DNA from: Mobula hypostoma
Taxonomy: Eukaryota
NCBI RefSeq assembly: GCF_963921235.1
Contig: NC_086115.1
Location: forward strand, 39,370,001-39,434,000
Direction: 5' to 3'
Length of the DNA: 64,000 nt
Within the stretch, counting starts at the first letter, position 1, and each line of letters opens with the position of its first letter. A program made the position numbers and the translations under genes. The notes below the pieces were generated by a model. The model had not been told where the DNA came from, ran no database searches, and saw only the letters and a program-made list of their open reading frames with translations. Shown piece by piece: positions 12,575 through 23,325 of this stretch.

Positions 12575-13710
12575 AAAACTTTTTCAATCTTTTTATTAAG
12601 TTTCAAAATTAATAAACATAACAATAATAATAGTGATATACAGAGATTGGGATTATATTAATAACAGTCAACATGTACAAGCACAGATTCCAAGTGACAA
12701 ATGTAGTTTCGCCTCTCAACCTCTTAGTAACTAACCATGAAAAAGTGAAAAAAGAGGAAAAAAAACCCTAAACTAAAAAAAACAAACAAAGATTGGGCTG
12801 TCATATTACATCGGCTAAAGTTATTATTTGTCGTTAACTCTGCTCCTCTATACATGAACAAAAAATTACTGCAAAGGATTCAGAAAGGGTCAACTTATAT
12901 CATATGAAAATATTGAATAAATGGCCTCCAAGTTTCTTCAAATTTAACTGAAGGATCCATAATACTGCTCCTAATTTTTTCCAAGTTTAGGCATGCTATT
13001 GTTTGGGAAAACCATTGAAATATAGTAGGGGGATTGGATTCTTTCCATTTAAGTAAAATGGATCTTCTGGCTATTAATGTAACAAATGCAATTAGACGAC
13101 AAGCTGATGAGGATAAATGACTAGAGTCTATCACTGATAGTCCAAAAATAGCAGTAATAGGATGAGGTTGTAAATCAATACGCAGAACTACTGAAATAAT
13201 ATAAAAATATCTTTCCAATATTTTTCTGGAAGAGGATAAGACCAGAACATATGTGTCAGGGAAGCTACCTCAGAATTACATCTATCACAAGCAGGATTTA
13301 TATGGCAGTAAAAGCGAGCTAACTTATCCTTGGATATATGAGCCCTATTAACCACCTTAAATTGTATCAAAGCGTGTCTGGCACACATTGAAGAAGTATT
13401 AACTAGTTGAAGAATTTTCTCCAAATTTCTCTGTAGGTAAAGGTATCTGAAGTCCTCTTTCCCACTCATTAATAATTTCATCGGAAGTACCTAAGCGTAT
13501 TTTCATAATGAAATTCATAAATAAATGATATTAAACTCTCCTGATAGGGTTTTAAACTTAAATTTTTTTCTGTAACTTCAATTTGATGTGATATCAGAAA
13601 GGTAGATAAAATAACGTTCAGAAAGTTTCTAATCTGTAAATATCTGAAAATGTGTGATCTAGGCAAATTATATTTATTAGACAACTGTTCAAAAGACAAA
13701 AACAGTCAAT
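12575..13710 (-). mobile_element. 5'-truncated L1-clade LINE, same family as 4921-5998
   Basis: CDRCNSEVASLTHMFWS; LQPHPITAIFGL; same 3' end ctttttcaatctttttatt. Confidence 0.9.
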
Positions 13711-14409
13711 AGATACGGGGTATGTACATAAATGTAAATGTCTAGCTTTTCTTACCTCCCATTCCTCCCCTCTAGCCACCTCATCCCCAACCCCACCCAG
13801 GGCTCTCCAGCCAACCACACCCTGAGCTTCTAATTGAAAGAACTAAAAGAAAATTGCAGAACCAACATTAGTGTCAGCAACTACTCACAGAATGGTGGTT
13901 GTCATTTCTGCAGCTTAAAGTAATCCCTTAGTCCTTCAGCAGGGTGCTTTCATTATTTGCATAGTTGGGTTTGAGTTCAGGGAGGATGACACACTCAGAC
14001 AAAGTTGGAAGGATAATCAGCTGTTATGTATGCCAAATTACATCTAGTCCATTTTGCTCCTGGTTTTCTGCACATTATGCTCTGAACTTGGATGTTAAAG
14101 AGTTAAAGCTAAATATTATATAGTATTCAAGGGAAATTATTTCAGCAAGGGCATGGTTAAAATGTGGAACTCATTACAAAAGAAAATAACCTAGAAGTAC
14201 AGATGCTTTTAAGTGGAAGCTGGATAAACAAGTAAGAGAGAAAAGATTTGTTGATGTGGCAAGATGTGACTAGGCAGAAGAATAGGCTGTCTTGGACTAG
14301 ATAGGCCAAAGGGCTGTTTCTGCTGTGTAGTACTCTTTGACTTTATGATCATTAAAACATTCTCATTATACTGCATTGGTGAAAATACATTTTATTCTTG
14401 TCTTAATTG

Positions 14410-14530
14410 GGTGTAAAAGATTCCAGAGCATTATTTTGAAAACAAAAGGGTTGTTCTCAGTGTCTTGGCCACTAAATATCATTCATTAAAAATAGCTCAT
14501 CAGTTGTTCGTTATTGTTTTCTTGTTAGGA
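14410..14530 (+). mobile_element. Degenerate Deu-domain SINE relic (SacSINE1-like)
   Basis: gtgtaaaagattccagagcattattttgaa...gttctcagtgtcttggcca resembles the Deu-SINE core as I recall it. Confidence 0.45.
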
Positions 14531-15784
14531 CTCAGTATAGGGGTGTTTTCATCCTCCCTGGCCCGAAGGATTTCACAGTATATTTGTCTTAATCTTACTT
14601 TGACCTCTGCTGTCCATTGATACCTTCCTCTGATGTAGCACTGATTTCAACTCTGGACAGCAGTTATGGAATTGACAGCATATCCTTGATCGCCTGCTAT
14701 TGGATAAAGTTAGGCACCGTGACTGAATCTCTCAATACTGAATAAGATTCCTTCATTATCAGAAACAAAGTCGTATCATTTTCTAATGGTGTAGACTATT
14801 TTAGTACATATAGGCTGAGAACAAACGTAAGAAGTTAAAGCCCCATGAAGTAGAAATGTCCAGACCAAAGCATTATATAAAAAATATTTATAAGAGTTAT
14901 TAGAAATTTCATTGGTTAAAATCAAGGCATTGGTAGTTGTTCGCCAAGATGAAAGATGGAAGCTTAAGGTGGCCTATTGCCACTGAGAATTGATTCATAA
15001 TATACTCTCAAGGTGTAGCCTCTGACCTGATAGAGACCATAGACGTTATTCATTTTTGCCTATTTAATATGCACAGCTATTTTAATATGTACAGTGTATG
15101 TTTTGTGGTAGGAAAACACCACTATGAGGAATGAATAGGTACTGTGAATTGCAATCATGAGACAAGGAAATCTACCCCCGAGATTTTACTCTTCAAAACT
15201 ACCTTTGAGTAAGTGATTTCATTTGGAGTTGTGGCCTCTAAAATTCAGAGCCCCAGCTGGGTGGATTTTATGGCAATAGGGCTGGATTGAAAAATAAATG
15301 TCTTCTTAATAGTCTGCACCTGCTGTTAGGTCAGAATATTCTTACTGTCTTTAATCTAATCTTGCTCTCCATGTCAGGTGTTAATAATAGTGGAAAAGTT
15401 ATTGTAGAAATAAGCAGAATGCCAGAGTGTTCACATTATGCTTAGAAATGTAGCATGCCTCTGGGAGGACTAGAATTTGCTATGGTTTGCCTGTAACACG
15501 TTCTATCAGCAATGCTCCACAAAAATTGCATGTACTTTTGTAAAAAAAAAAAATCCCTTTTAGTTTTACCTGAAGAAATAAAGAAGCAATGTAAGCTTTT
15601 ACAACTGCAGCGAGAAAATAATTTTCAATTTGGCTGAAGGAAGGGAATGCAGTTATTTATTTTAACCCGGTCAGGCTCAGTTTCTAAGATTATGTCATAC
15701 AGTGATTGACATACGAACTTCACCATTATATCTTTCTTTGCACATTAACCTTTTAAAATACAAAAATTCAGTCAGGACCAATGA

Positions 15785-16045
15785 GACCCAATTTATTTAA
15801 GCCGATCACCGCTATGGGGCATAGGCTGCTGACAGCAGCTCACCAGAACCCTCTGTCCTGGGCCAGTGTTCCAAGTTGGCCCCAGGTGTAGCCCATCTTC
15901 GAAGATCCTTCCTCTCACAGGGATGAGGTCTTTGGAGCTTTTGCTGGTGTTTCTGTAGCTCTGGGTTTTTATGGGATAGGATTGCTGGTCCCGTATCCAA
16001 CCCTGGTCTTTTTCACAGCTGGGCTAGGGACTGTCCATGGTGGAG
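15785..16045 (-). mobile_element. RTE-clade LINE 3'-end derivative
   Basis: Minus-strand LRRWATPGANLEHWPRTEGSG, and in another frame KMGYTWGQLGTLAQDRGFW; typical RTE C-terminus. Confidence 0.6.
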
Positions 16046-16639
16046 TTATTTGGACCAGCCCACATCCATTACTTATGGATTTATTAAAAACTTATTTTTT
16101 TCACAGGGAATAACCTGAAGAAAACATTTCTAGAGTGATGGAATTATATTTTAAATATAAAGAATATAACATATTGGCATTTGAGCATCTTTGCCCGAAG
16201 AGCTAGGGATACATGTCACAAGATCATTACGCAGAACCAGAGAGAGATGTAAAGCAGTGATGCTGATTAAATCAGGAACAAATACGGAACTTTTGATGCA
16301 AATTTTACTGCAGCAGAAATGTTTTTGAATTCATATGCTTGGCTGAAATTCAGATTTCAGTCACAATGACGACTCACTGGAGAGCTGCAAAAACAGCCCC
16401 AGGAATCATGATGCACAATTAATCCATGTGCATTGATTGCAGTGTGGAAACATGCCAAGTTTGCTTCCTGCTCACTTGTAGTTACTGCATGTAGCCAGCA
16501 CTGGTTATGCTATTCATCAGGTATTGATTCACTAAGGCACCCAGGCTTTAAATTGACAAGCACCACTTAAAATTTAAGAGAATAATGGATTGTGACTATG
16601 CTAATTGCCGTTAGGTGTACTGAAATTCATTTTGACATA

Positions 16640-18010
16640 CAGGTTTCCCCCGCTATCCGAAGGTAGACTGTTTCAATGAAATGGTTCTTAAGCCGGAATG
16701 TCGTAAAGTGAATAAGCAATTACCATTTATTAATATGGGAAAATTTTTGTACGTTCCCGGCAGCATCTGTAGGAAGAGGTGCAGTCGACGTTTCAGGCCG
16801 AGACCCTTCGTCAGGACTCACTGTACATGCATTATTTCTACTTTATATAGGCTGTGTATTTTTATATGTTATTTGGTGTGATTTGGCAGCTTCATAGCTT
16901 AAAGGTTACCAGAGAGAGTGTTTCTGCTGAGAGCACTTCCGCCAAGAGTGCTGCCGTGAGATTTTCGCTGCTCTAGACAGTGCTGCAGAAAAATATTTCT
17001 ACTTTATATAGGCTGTGTATTTGTCATATCATTCCTGCTTTTACTATATGTAACTATTATTTTAGTTTTTATGTATTATTTGGCATGATTTTGTAGGATA
17101 TTTTTTGGGTCTTTGGCCTGCTGCGTTCACCAGCAACTTTGATGTGTGTTGCATGTACAGTGTAGTTTCACTTATCGGAATCGGGAAGACTCCAATAAGT
17201 TGCAGTTTTGTCACAGTTAAACACTTGCGTATACGAATAACCACCTTCTGTAATTATTTTCTTCAGTTCTGCTGGGAACTTTTTGACAGCTTCAGTATCA
17301 GCTGAAGCACTGTCTCCGGTAAACGTTAAACTATGAAGCTGTCCTCGCCTCAGAAACCGATCAAACCACCCATGACTACCTTTAAATTCCACTTTTGCAA
17401 CACTTTCGTCACCATCATCCAGTGCTTTCTGTTTCAGCTTATAAAAAAGACTGACTGATTTCTCCTTAAGTAGAAGAAAACTTAACGGAACACCATGCTT
17501 TGTACACCCATCAATCTACTTAAGCAATAGACTTTCCATTTTATCCATTACTGGATGCTGACTAAGAGAGACCCCTTTGCTACGAGCAAAACCAATAGTA
17601 ACATCGGCAGCTTTCAAAATTCTTTCTCTCTGCGTATAAATAGTGCGAATGGTGGACGCAGACAAGTTCAACGCACGGACAACGTCCTTACTTCGTTCAC
17701 CATGATCGAAACGCTTAATTATGTCTAATTTTATGCTAAATGTAACACCCTTACAAGCTCTTTTAGGCTTTTCATATACCTTAGAACTCACCTTGCTAAC
17801 GGATGCACAAAATAAATCGAGATAAAGCACGTGTTTAAGCAGTGGTGGCTAGAATGCAGTTCTGGGAGAGGAGCTTGGCTGTTCGGGCGTGCGCTGCCTT
17901 TTTTCATAACAGTGAAAGCACCTTCTGTTAGCCAAAACAGGTAACTAATGTAGGTCTTTCGTAACAGCGAGGTGTCGTAAAGCGAACGTTCGGAAAACGG
18001 GGGCCACCTG
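16640..18010 (-). mobile_element. Internally deleted Tigger/pogo-like DNA transposon
   Basis: TA TSD (16638-16639, 18011-18012); ~22-bp TIRs CAGGTTTCCCCCGCTATCCGAA / TTCGGAAAACGGGGGCCACCTG; HTH KLDIIKRFDHGE and CENP-B-like FKGSHGWFDRF...QVFNCDKT. Confidence 0.93.
16783..16818 (-). ncRNA. Minimal type I hammerhead ribozyme motif, near-intact
   Basis: Minus strand AGUC-CUGACGA-A-GGGU-CUCG-GCCU-GAAAC-GUC-GACU: full catalytic core, stem I, stem II with a G.U at 10.1/11.1, palindromic ACGU stem III. Confidence 0.75.
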
Positions 18011-19982
18011 TATTCAAGAATGGAACAAAATGGGAGAGATGAAACTCGGAGGTTTTCTGACATTGTTTCGTATGCCTTGGTGGAGGAAACAGAGAATAGG
18101 GGAGATGTCAACCTTCAAACACATCTGGAAAAACATTGTCAAAGCTCCATGCATGAGGAACTCCACAGAGATTCACACTTTAAAATGTGTTTGCATGTCT
18201 CATTATCATCATTGTAATATCCTGTTTGTTTAGTAAATGAACATCTGCTCATGGGACTTTCAAGATTTACTAGAAATGGCTGAACTGGAATGGTACTGTG
18301 CAGCTGTGCCTCTGAATGGGAAGTGCCTATTGTGTCCAACACTTCAGGAAATCATTCCACAGCTTTACAAGCTTAGCGTTAAGCCATATTACAGCAGGGA
18401 TCAGAGGGGCCAGGTTTTCTGATGCCAGGTTCTAAGTGAAGCACTGGGAGGAAATGATTAAGGAGGGTAATGGAAGGAGCAAAGCACTCAGGGCCTGAAT
18501 TGCAGAGCTGGGAGTATAAAATAAGATCCTGACATGTGGTCAAGGTCAGTGAATACATTAGAAAATCCAGAACAAATACACCAGAGTGCTCACACTCAGC
18601 ACTGTGATATACATCTCTATCAGCCACTTAACAATGATCTCTATCAATCAGGATTCCCACTTAACATCATACAGCCTGCAGAAGATGGCATCTCCAACAC
18701 ACATTGCTCCAACATCTCACAGTTTACACTCATCCCTTGCTTTTTCAGGCATCGCACATGTCACACAAACAAACTCATTTACACCCTTCCCTTCCCCTGG
18801 AGGAAATGGTGTCACAAAATCCGTGCCAGCAACAGCATACTGGCAGCAGATGAAACTGTGTCCATAAGCCCAGCAGCCAGGAGGAGAGTGGGCTGGTTGT
18901 TGTTGGAGCAGCCATGACGGAACCAGTGGTTCGAATTGGTGATGACAAGCTGACATCTAATGCTTCTCACATCCCGCTTCCATCTCCTTACACAATTGTT
19001 CTGAGTGATAAAATGCAAATGATGGATGTATGCTCTGTTGTGTTGGATGGTGAGGGATAGCGCAGAGACACCTGGATACCAGCCCTGCAGGATATTCAAC
19101 TGAACCTTATTGATAACCACGCTAGTTCATTGTGTGAACTCCTCCTATGTGGGAGTGGCTAAATGAATGACATTGAAATAACCTCTTAGTTACCACAGCA
19201 CTCTCCATCTCCCTTCATGATTATCATACCTTTCTATCCTTTTTTTCCCCCCGATACCCAACAATTTCCAACTGGCTAGGAAACAAGAAAGCAGCTCCTT
19301 TCTCAATCTATTGGTCACACCCACCAGCACAGAGACAGACACTTTGTGTAGTGGAGATTCATGGAGTCACTCAGCACACGGACAGCTCCTTCTCACCGTG
19401 CCCATGGTGATCATCAAATACGATTTCACCAGCATACGGTCTGTAGCCCTCCACACTTGGGTGATTCAGATGCTCAAAAGGAGTACCTGTTGCAAAGGTC
19501 TTTAGCTTCAGCCTAATAAGGCATGAAAAAATTCATTGTCCATGTCACCTTAACAACCACCAGCAATGTTCTCTTCTCTGCATTGAGGCTGCACCTTTGA
19601 TGTTGGTCTCAGTGGTAGGGGAAGATGTGGGCGCATGTGGGCACGAGTGGGGGTGATAATGAGCACTTGCTCCACTGTGAAAATCTGGGAAGTGCCGATG
19701 GTAGAGCTTCCCCCCCAGTTCAGGTTCAATCCTGACTTCAGGTACTTGGCTGTTGTCTGTGAGGAGTTTGCCCATCGTCTCTGATGTTCTCCTATGTAAC
19801 CCAGTACATTCTCGGGGGTTGCCCCCAGCACCTCCATTGGTGTGTTGGTTGTTTCGATATACATGTGATAAATATATCTGAGTTTGTCAGAGAAGCTTTT
19901 GTGATGCTCTCAGTCCAGCACAACAAACTGAGCTGACTTTTCGTTGTATTACAGACATTGACACTATCTCCATCAGCTATCA

Positions 19983-20226
19983 ACCTGTCTGCCTCTTAGG
20001 GTGGGATTGATATATAACACACTTCATGACAGTCAGCTAAAGACTTGAGGAGTTCTTTCCAGTCACTTGGCCAATGTTTCTTCTCAATCGACATCCCATG
20101 GCTGTTACTATATTACTGTTTCCTGTGATTAGACTAGCTGTGGTGTGTCCAATGTAGACTACATTTTCAAAGTGTAAGAAGCCTTGGGACATTTAGAAAT
20201 GTGCATAAAAATGCAGGTCTTTATTT
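19983..20226 (+). mobile_element. Degenerate Deu-domain SINE (SacSINE1-like) with 3' tail
   Basis: cctgtctgcctc..ggtgg..gaggagttctttccagtcacttggccaat...gtaagaagccttgggac..aaatgcaggtcttt. Confidence 0.55.
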
Positions 20227-21084
20227 TGTTAACTGGAGCTTGAGTTCCTTGGCATGATCTTTTTATGTATTTTTGGCAGCCGCTAGCTGTGCTCAAGCTA
20301 ATGTGCTGAGCAATATAGCAGCTGCGAGATTTATGCCATGCTCATCAGTCACCATATTGGAACTAAACTGGCACCTGGAATGCTACAAAAACATGTGAAT
20401 CGTGCCAAATTTTGCAGATAGCATAATAATAAGTTCTGATTTATATTGCAAAATCCCTTACATTTTGAATTTAATGATGAATGCTTTGTTGTCATTTAAT
20501 GAAGGCTGGTAAAAATAAAACTTCACTGCACTTGATCCACAACTATCCAAATGTTGGCAGCTTGACATGGCATAATTGGACTTTGGCACAGGGGATGATT
20601 AGTTAACCCCTTGCATGTCCTCCATTGTTCAGTGAAGAGGACGATGTTGCTTGACTTTACATTAATGTTTTTATCCATGGTAAGAGCTTCTAGTGTCATA
20701 GAATATCAAATGTGCCAATAACATGGACATAGAACATGGGACTGTGCAGCATAAGAAAGGCCCTTTGCTCTGCAATGTTGTACTGAACTAAGTAAACTGA
20801 TAAATTCCTAGCCAAACTAAATTCTCATGCCTACACAATGTCCATATCCTTCCATTCGCTGCCATTCTTTTCTTTCTTGATTTTGTTGCTCTCTGGAGGA
20901 GAAGAATTTCAGAGTTGTATACTTTGATAATAAATGAACCTTTGAATCTTCCTTGCCTCTCTCAGTAACTTAAGCTATATCCCATTGGGCCCTGAGGACT
21001 TATCCACCTTAATATTCTTTTAGAGACCCAACTACTTCATACCTCTTTCTTTATCTCAAAATGCCCAAACACATTAGCACAATC

Positions 21085-21345
21085 CACACAAAATGCTGGA
21101 GGAACACAGTGGGCCAGGCTGCATTCATGGAAAAGAATAAACAGTCGATATTTCAGGCTGAGATCCTTCATCAGAGCTGGAAAGGAAGAGGTGAAGTCAG
21201 ATTTTGATGCTTAGGTACCAGCTGTGAGTTTACTTCAGCCATGACTCATGCTTCCCACGACCTCCCTCGCATCCTCCACCTCCAAGCACATGTTTCTTCC
21301 TTTATCCTTTAGGGCTCCTTTATTCTTGAGTGGTGCAACCCACTC
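21085..21345. mobile_element. Penelope pseudo-LTR fragment (minus strand, degenerate hammerhead) plus internal fragment
   Basis: aatgctggaggaacac..cagtcgatatttcaggctgagatccttcatcag. Confidence 0.6.
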
Positions 21346-21481
21346 CCTAGTTATCCTTTTGTTCTTGATGTATGTATAGAATGCCTTGGGATTGTCTTTA
21401 ATCCTATGTAGTAAGGACTTTTCATTGCCCCTCCCAGCTCTACAAATTCCTTCTTGAGTTCTGTTCTAGTTTCTTTATAAT

Positions 21482-21935
21482 AACCATATAACCATATAAC
21501 AATTACAGCATGGAAGCTGGCCATCTCGGCCATTCTAGTCCATGCCGAACTCCTACTCTCACCTAGTCCCACCGACCTGCACTCGGTCCATAACCCTCCA
21601 TTCCCTTCCTGTCCATATGTCTATCCAATTTAACTTTAAACGACAACATCGAACCTGCCTCAACAACTTCTGCTGGAAGCTCGTTCCACACAGCCACCAC
21701 TCTCTGAGTAAAGACTTTCCCCCTCATGTTACCCCTAAACTTTTGCTCTTTAACTCTCAACTCGTGTCCTCTTGTTTGAATCTCCCCCCCCAATGGAAAA
21801 AGCCTATCCACATCAACTCTATCAATCCTCCTCATAATTTTAAACACCTCTATCAAGTCCCCCCCTCAACCTTCTACGCTCCAAAGAATAAAGACCTAAC
21901 TTGTTCAACCTTTCTCTGTAAATTAGGAGATCTGC
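21482..21935 (-). mobile_element. CR1 3' end, same subfamily as 29635-32150
   Basis: IEVFKIMRRIDRVDVDRLFPL; (ttatatgg)n tail. Confidence 0.9.
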
Positions 21936-23098
21936 CCCATTTGATTTTAGCTTCCTAAACCTTATATTGTATATGCTTCATTTTACTTCTAGACTAAATT
22001 CATCACCCCTCCCAGCATATAAGGTTCTCTTAACTTGCCATCCTTGTCTTTCCTACTGACTGGAACATACTTGTTCTGTACTCTGTGCAGTTGGTCTTTA
22101 AGTATCCTTCGCATGTCAGATGAGGACTTGCCCAAAAATAGCTGTTACCAATTAACTCTTCTAGTAATTGCCTAATACTCTTGTAATTTGTCTTGCTTTA
22201 ATTATATACTCTCCTACAAAATAATTCTTACCTATTGTCTTAAAACTTAATGCGTGCATGTATGTTCTTGCCGTAGACCTAAATGCTATAAACACCAACT
22301 GGCTGTCAAATGGCTTTGGCAGTTTAACAGCCAAATTGGTCAGGCACGCATTGCCAACAAAGTACAGGGAGGCCACGAGATGCCTGTGGTTGGAAGGGTA
22401 ATGCTCAATGAGGGCTCTGAACAAAGTGCTTTCCTTCCTCATTGCACCTTCAATCCCTTTTGCCACTTCCAACATTCCCACCAACCCAAGTGGGTTTTAT
22501 TCCCCCCATACCTAATGGCTGCTGTTTTCATTGCCTTTCACTGGCTCCATACTGGAGAAAACGTTGAGCAAGGATGTCCCAGGTGCCAGGCTGCATTGTT
22601 TTGCCTACCTATAGTGAGGGCAAAGCACCAAAGACATTAGGTAATTCAGGAAGTCTTTGCCTCACCCAATTACATGCAAGGTGGATATTTGTCTCTGTTT
22701 ATGGCATTCTGAAGTTTGTTGATCGGTATTCTGGACAAGAATGTTTGCTACGGCCCAAGTGCTGAGACAGAAAGAGAGAGAGATGCTGAAGTTGATCAAC
22801 AGTTCACTGACTTTTAACAGGAACTGTGAAGAAAAAGAGGAAAAAACAATTAACACTAGGCCAACAGGGCCATTAATCACAACTTTCAAACTAAAGCCAA
22901 AACTGATACTGCAACTTGGCAGTAGTAGCTTAATACTAAACAACTACTGCTCCTTAACATCGTCAGTTTGAACTCTAGTCTTCTTCTGCCAGAACCAGGA
23001 CAACAGTAAGCAGGGAGTGTTGATATTGCTGTGCCTTTGGTCAAGTCTTAACAAGACTGGAACAAGAGGGAGTTAAAAACCACCATGGTGAAACACTA

Positions 23099-23311
23099 GC
23101 AACACACATCAAAGTTGCTGGTGAACGCAGCAGGTCTGGCAGCATCTCTAGGAAGAGGTACAGTCGATGTTTCGGGCCGAGACCCTTCGTCAGGTCTCAT
23201 CCCGAAACGTCGACTGTACCTCTTCCTAGGGATGCTGCCTGGCCTGCTGTGTTCACCAGCAACTTTGATGTGTGTTGCTTGAATTTCCAGCATCTGCAGA
23301 ATTCCTCGTGT
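23099..23311. mobile_element. 213-bp head-to-head Penelope pseudo-LTR dimer (palindromic insertion)
   Basis: 14-bp TSD atggtgaaacacta (23085-23098, 23312-23325); ~80-95 bp self-complementary arms meeting inside the hammerhead. Confidence 0.9.
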
Positions 23312-23325
23312 ATGGTGAAACACTA

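Noticed and set aside
19672-21110. RSS heptamer-like CACTGTG (~19672) and CACAGTG (~21103)
   Set aside because: No nonamer at a 12- or 23-bp spacing, so these are chance heptamers.
22160-23050. ORFs of 93-128 aa on both strands as a nested gene or Gypsy 3' LTR
   Set aside because: No recognisable domain, splice structure, polypurine tract or LTR termini.
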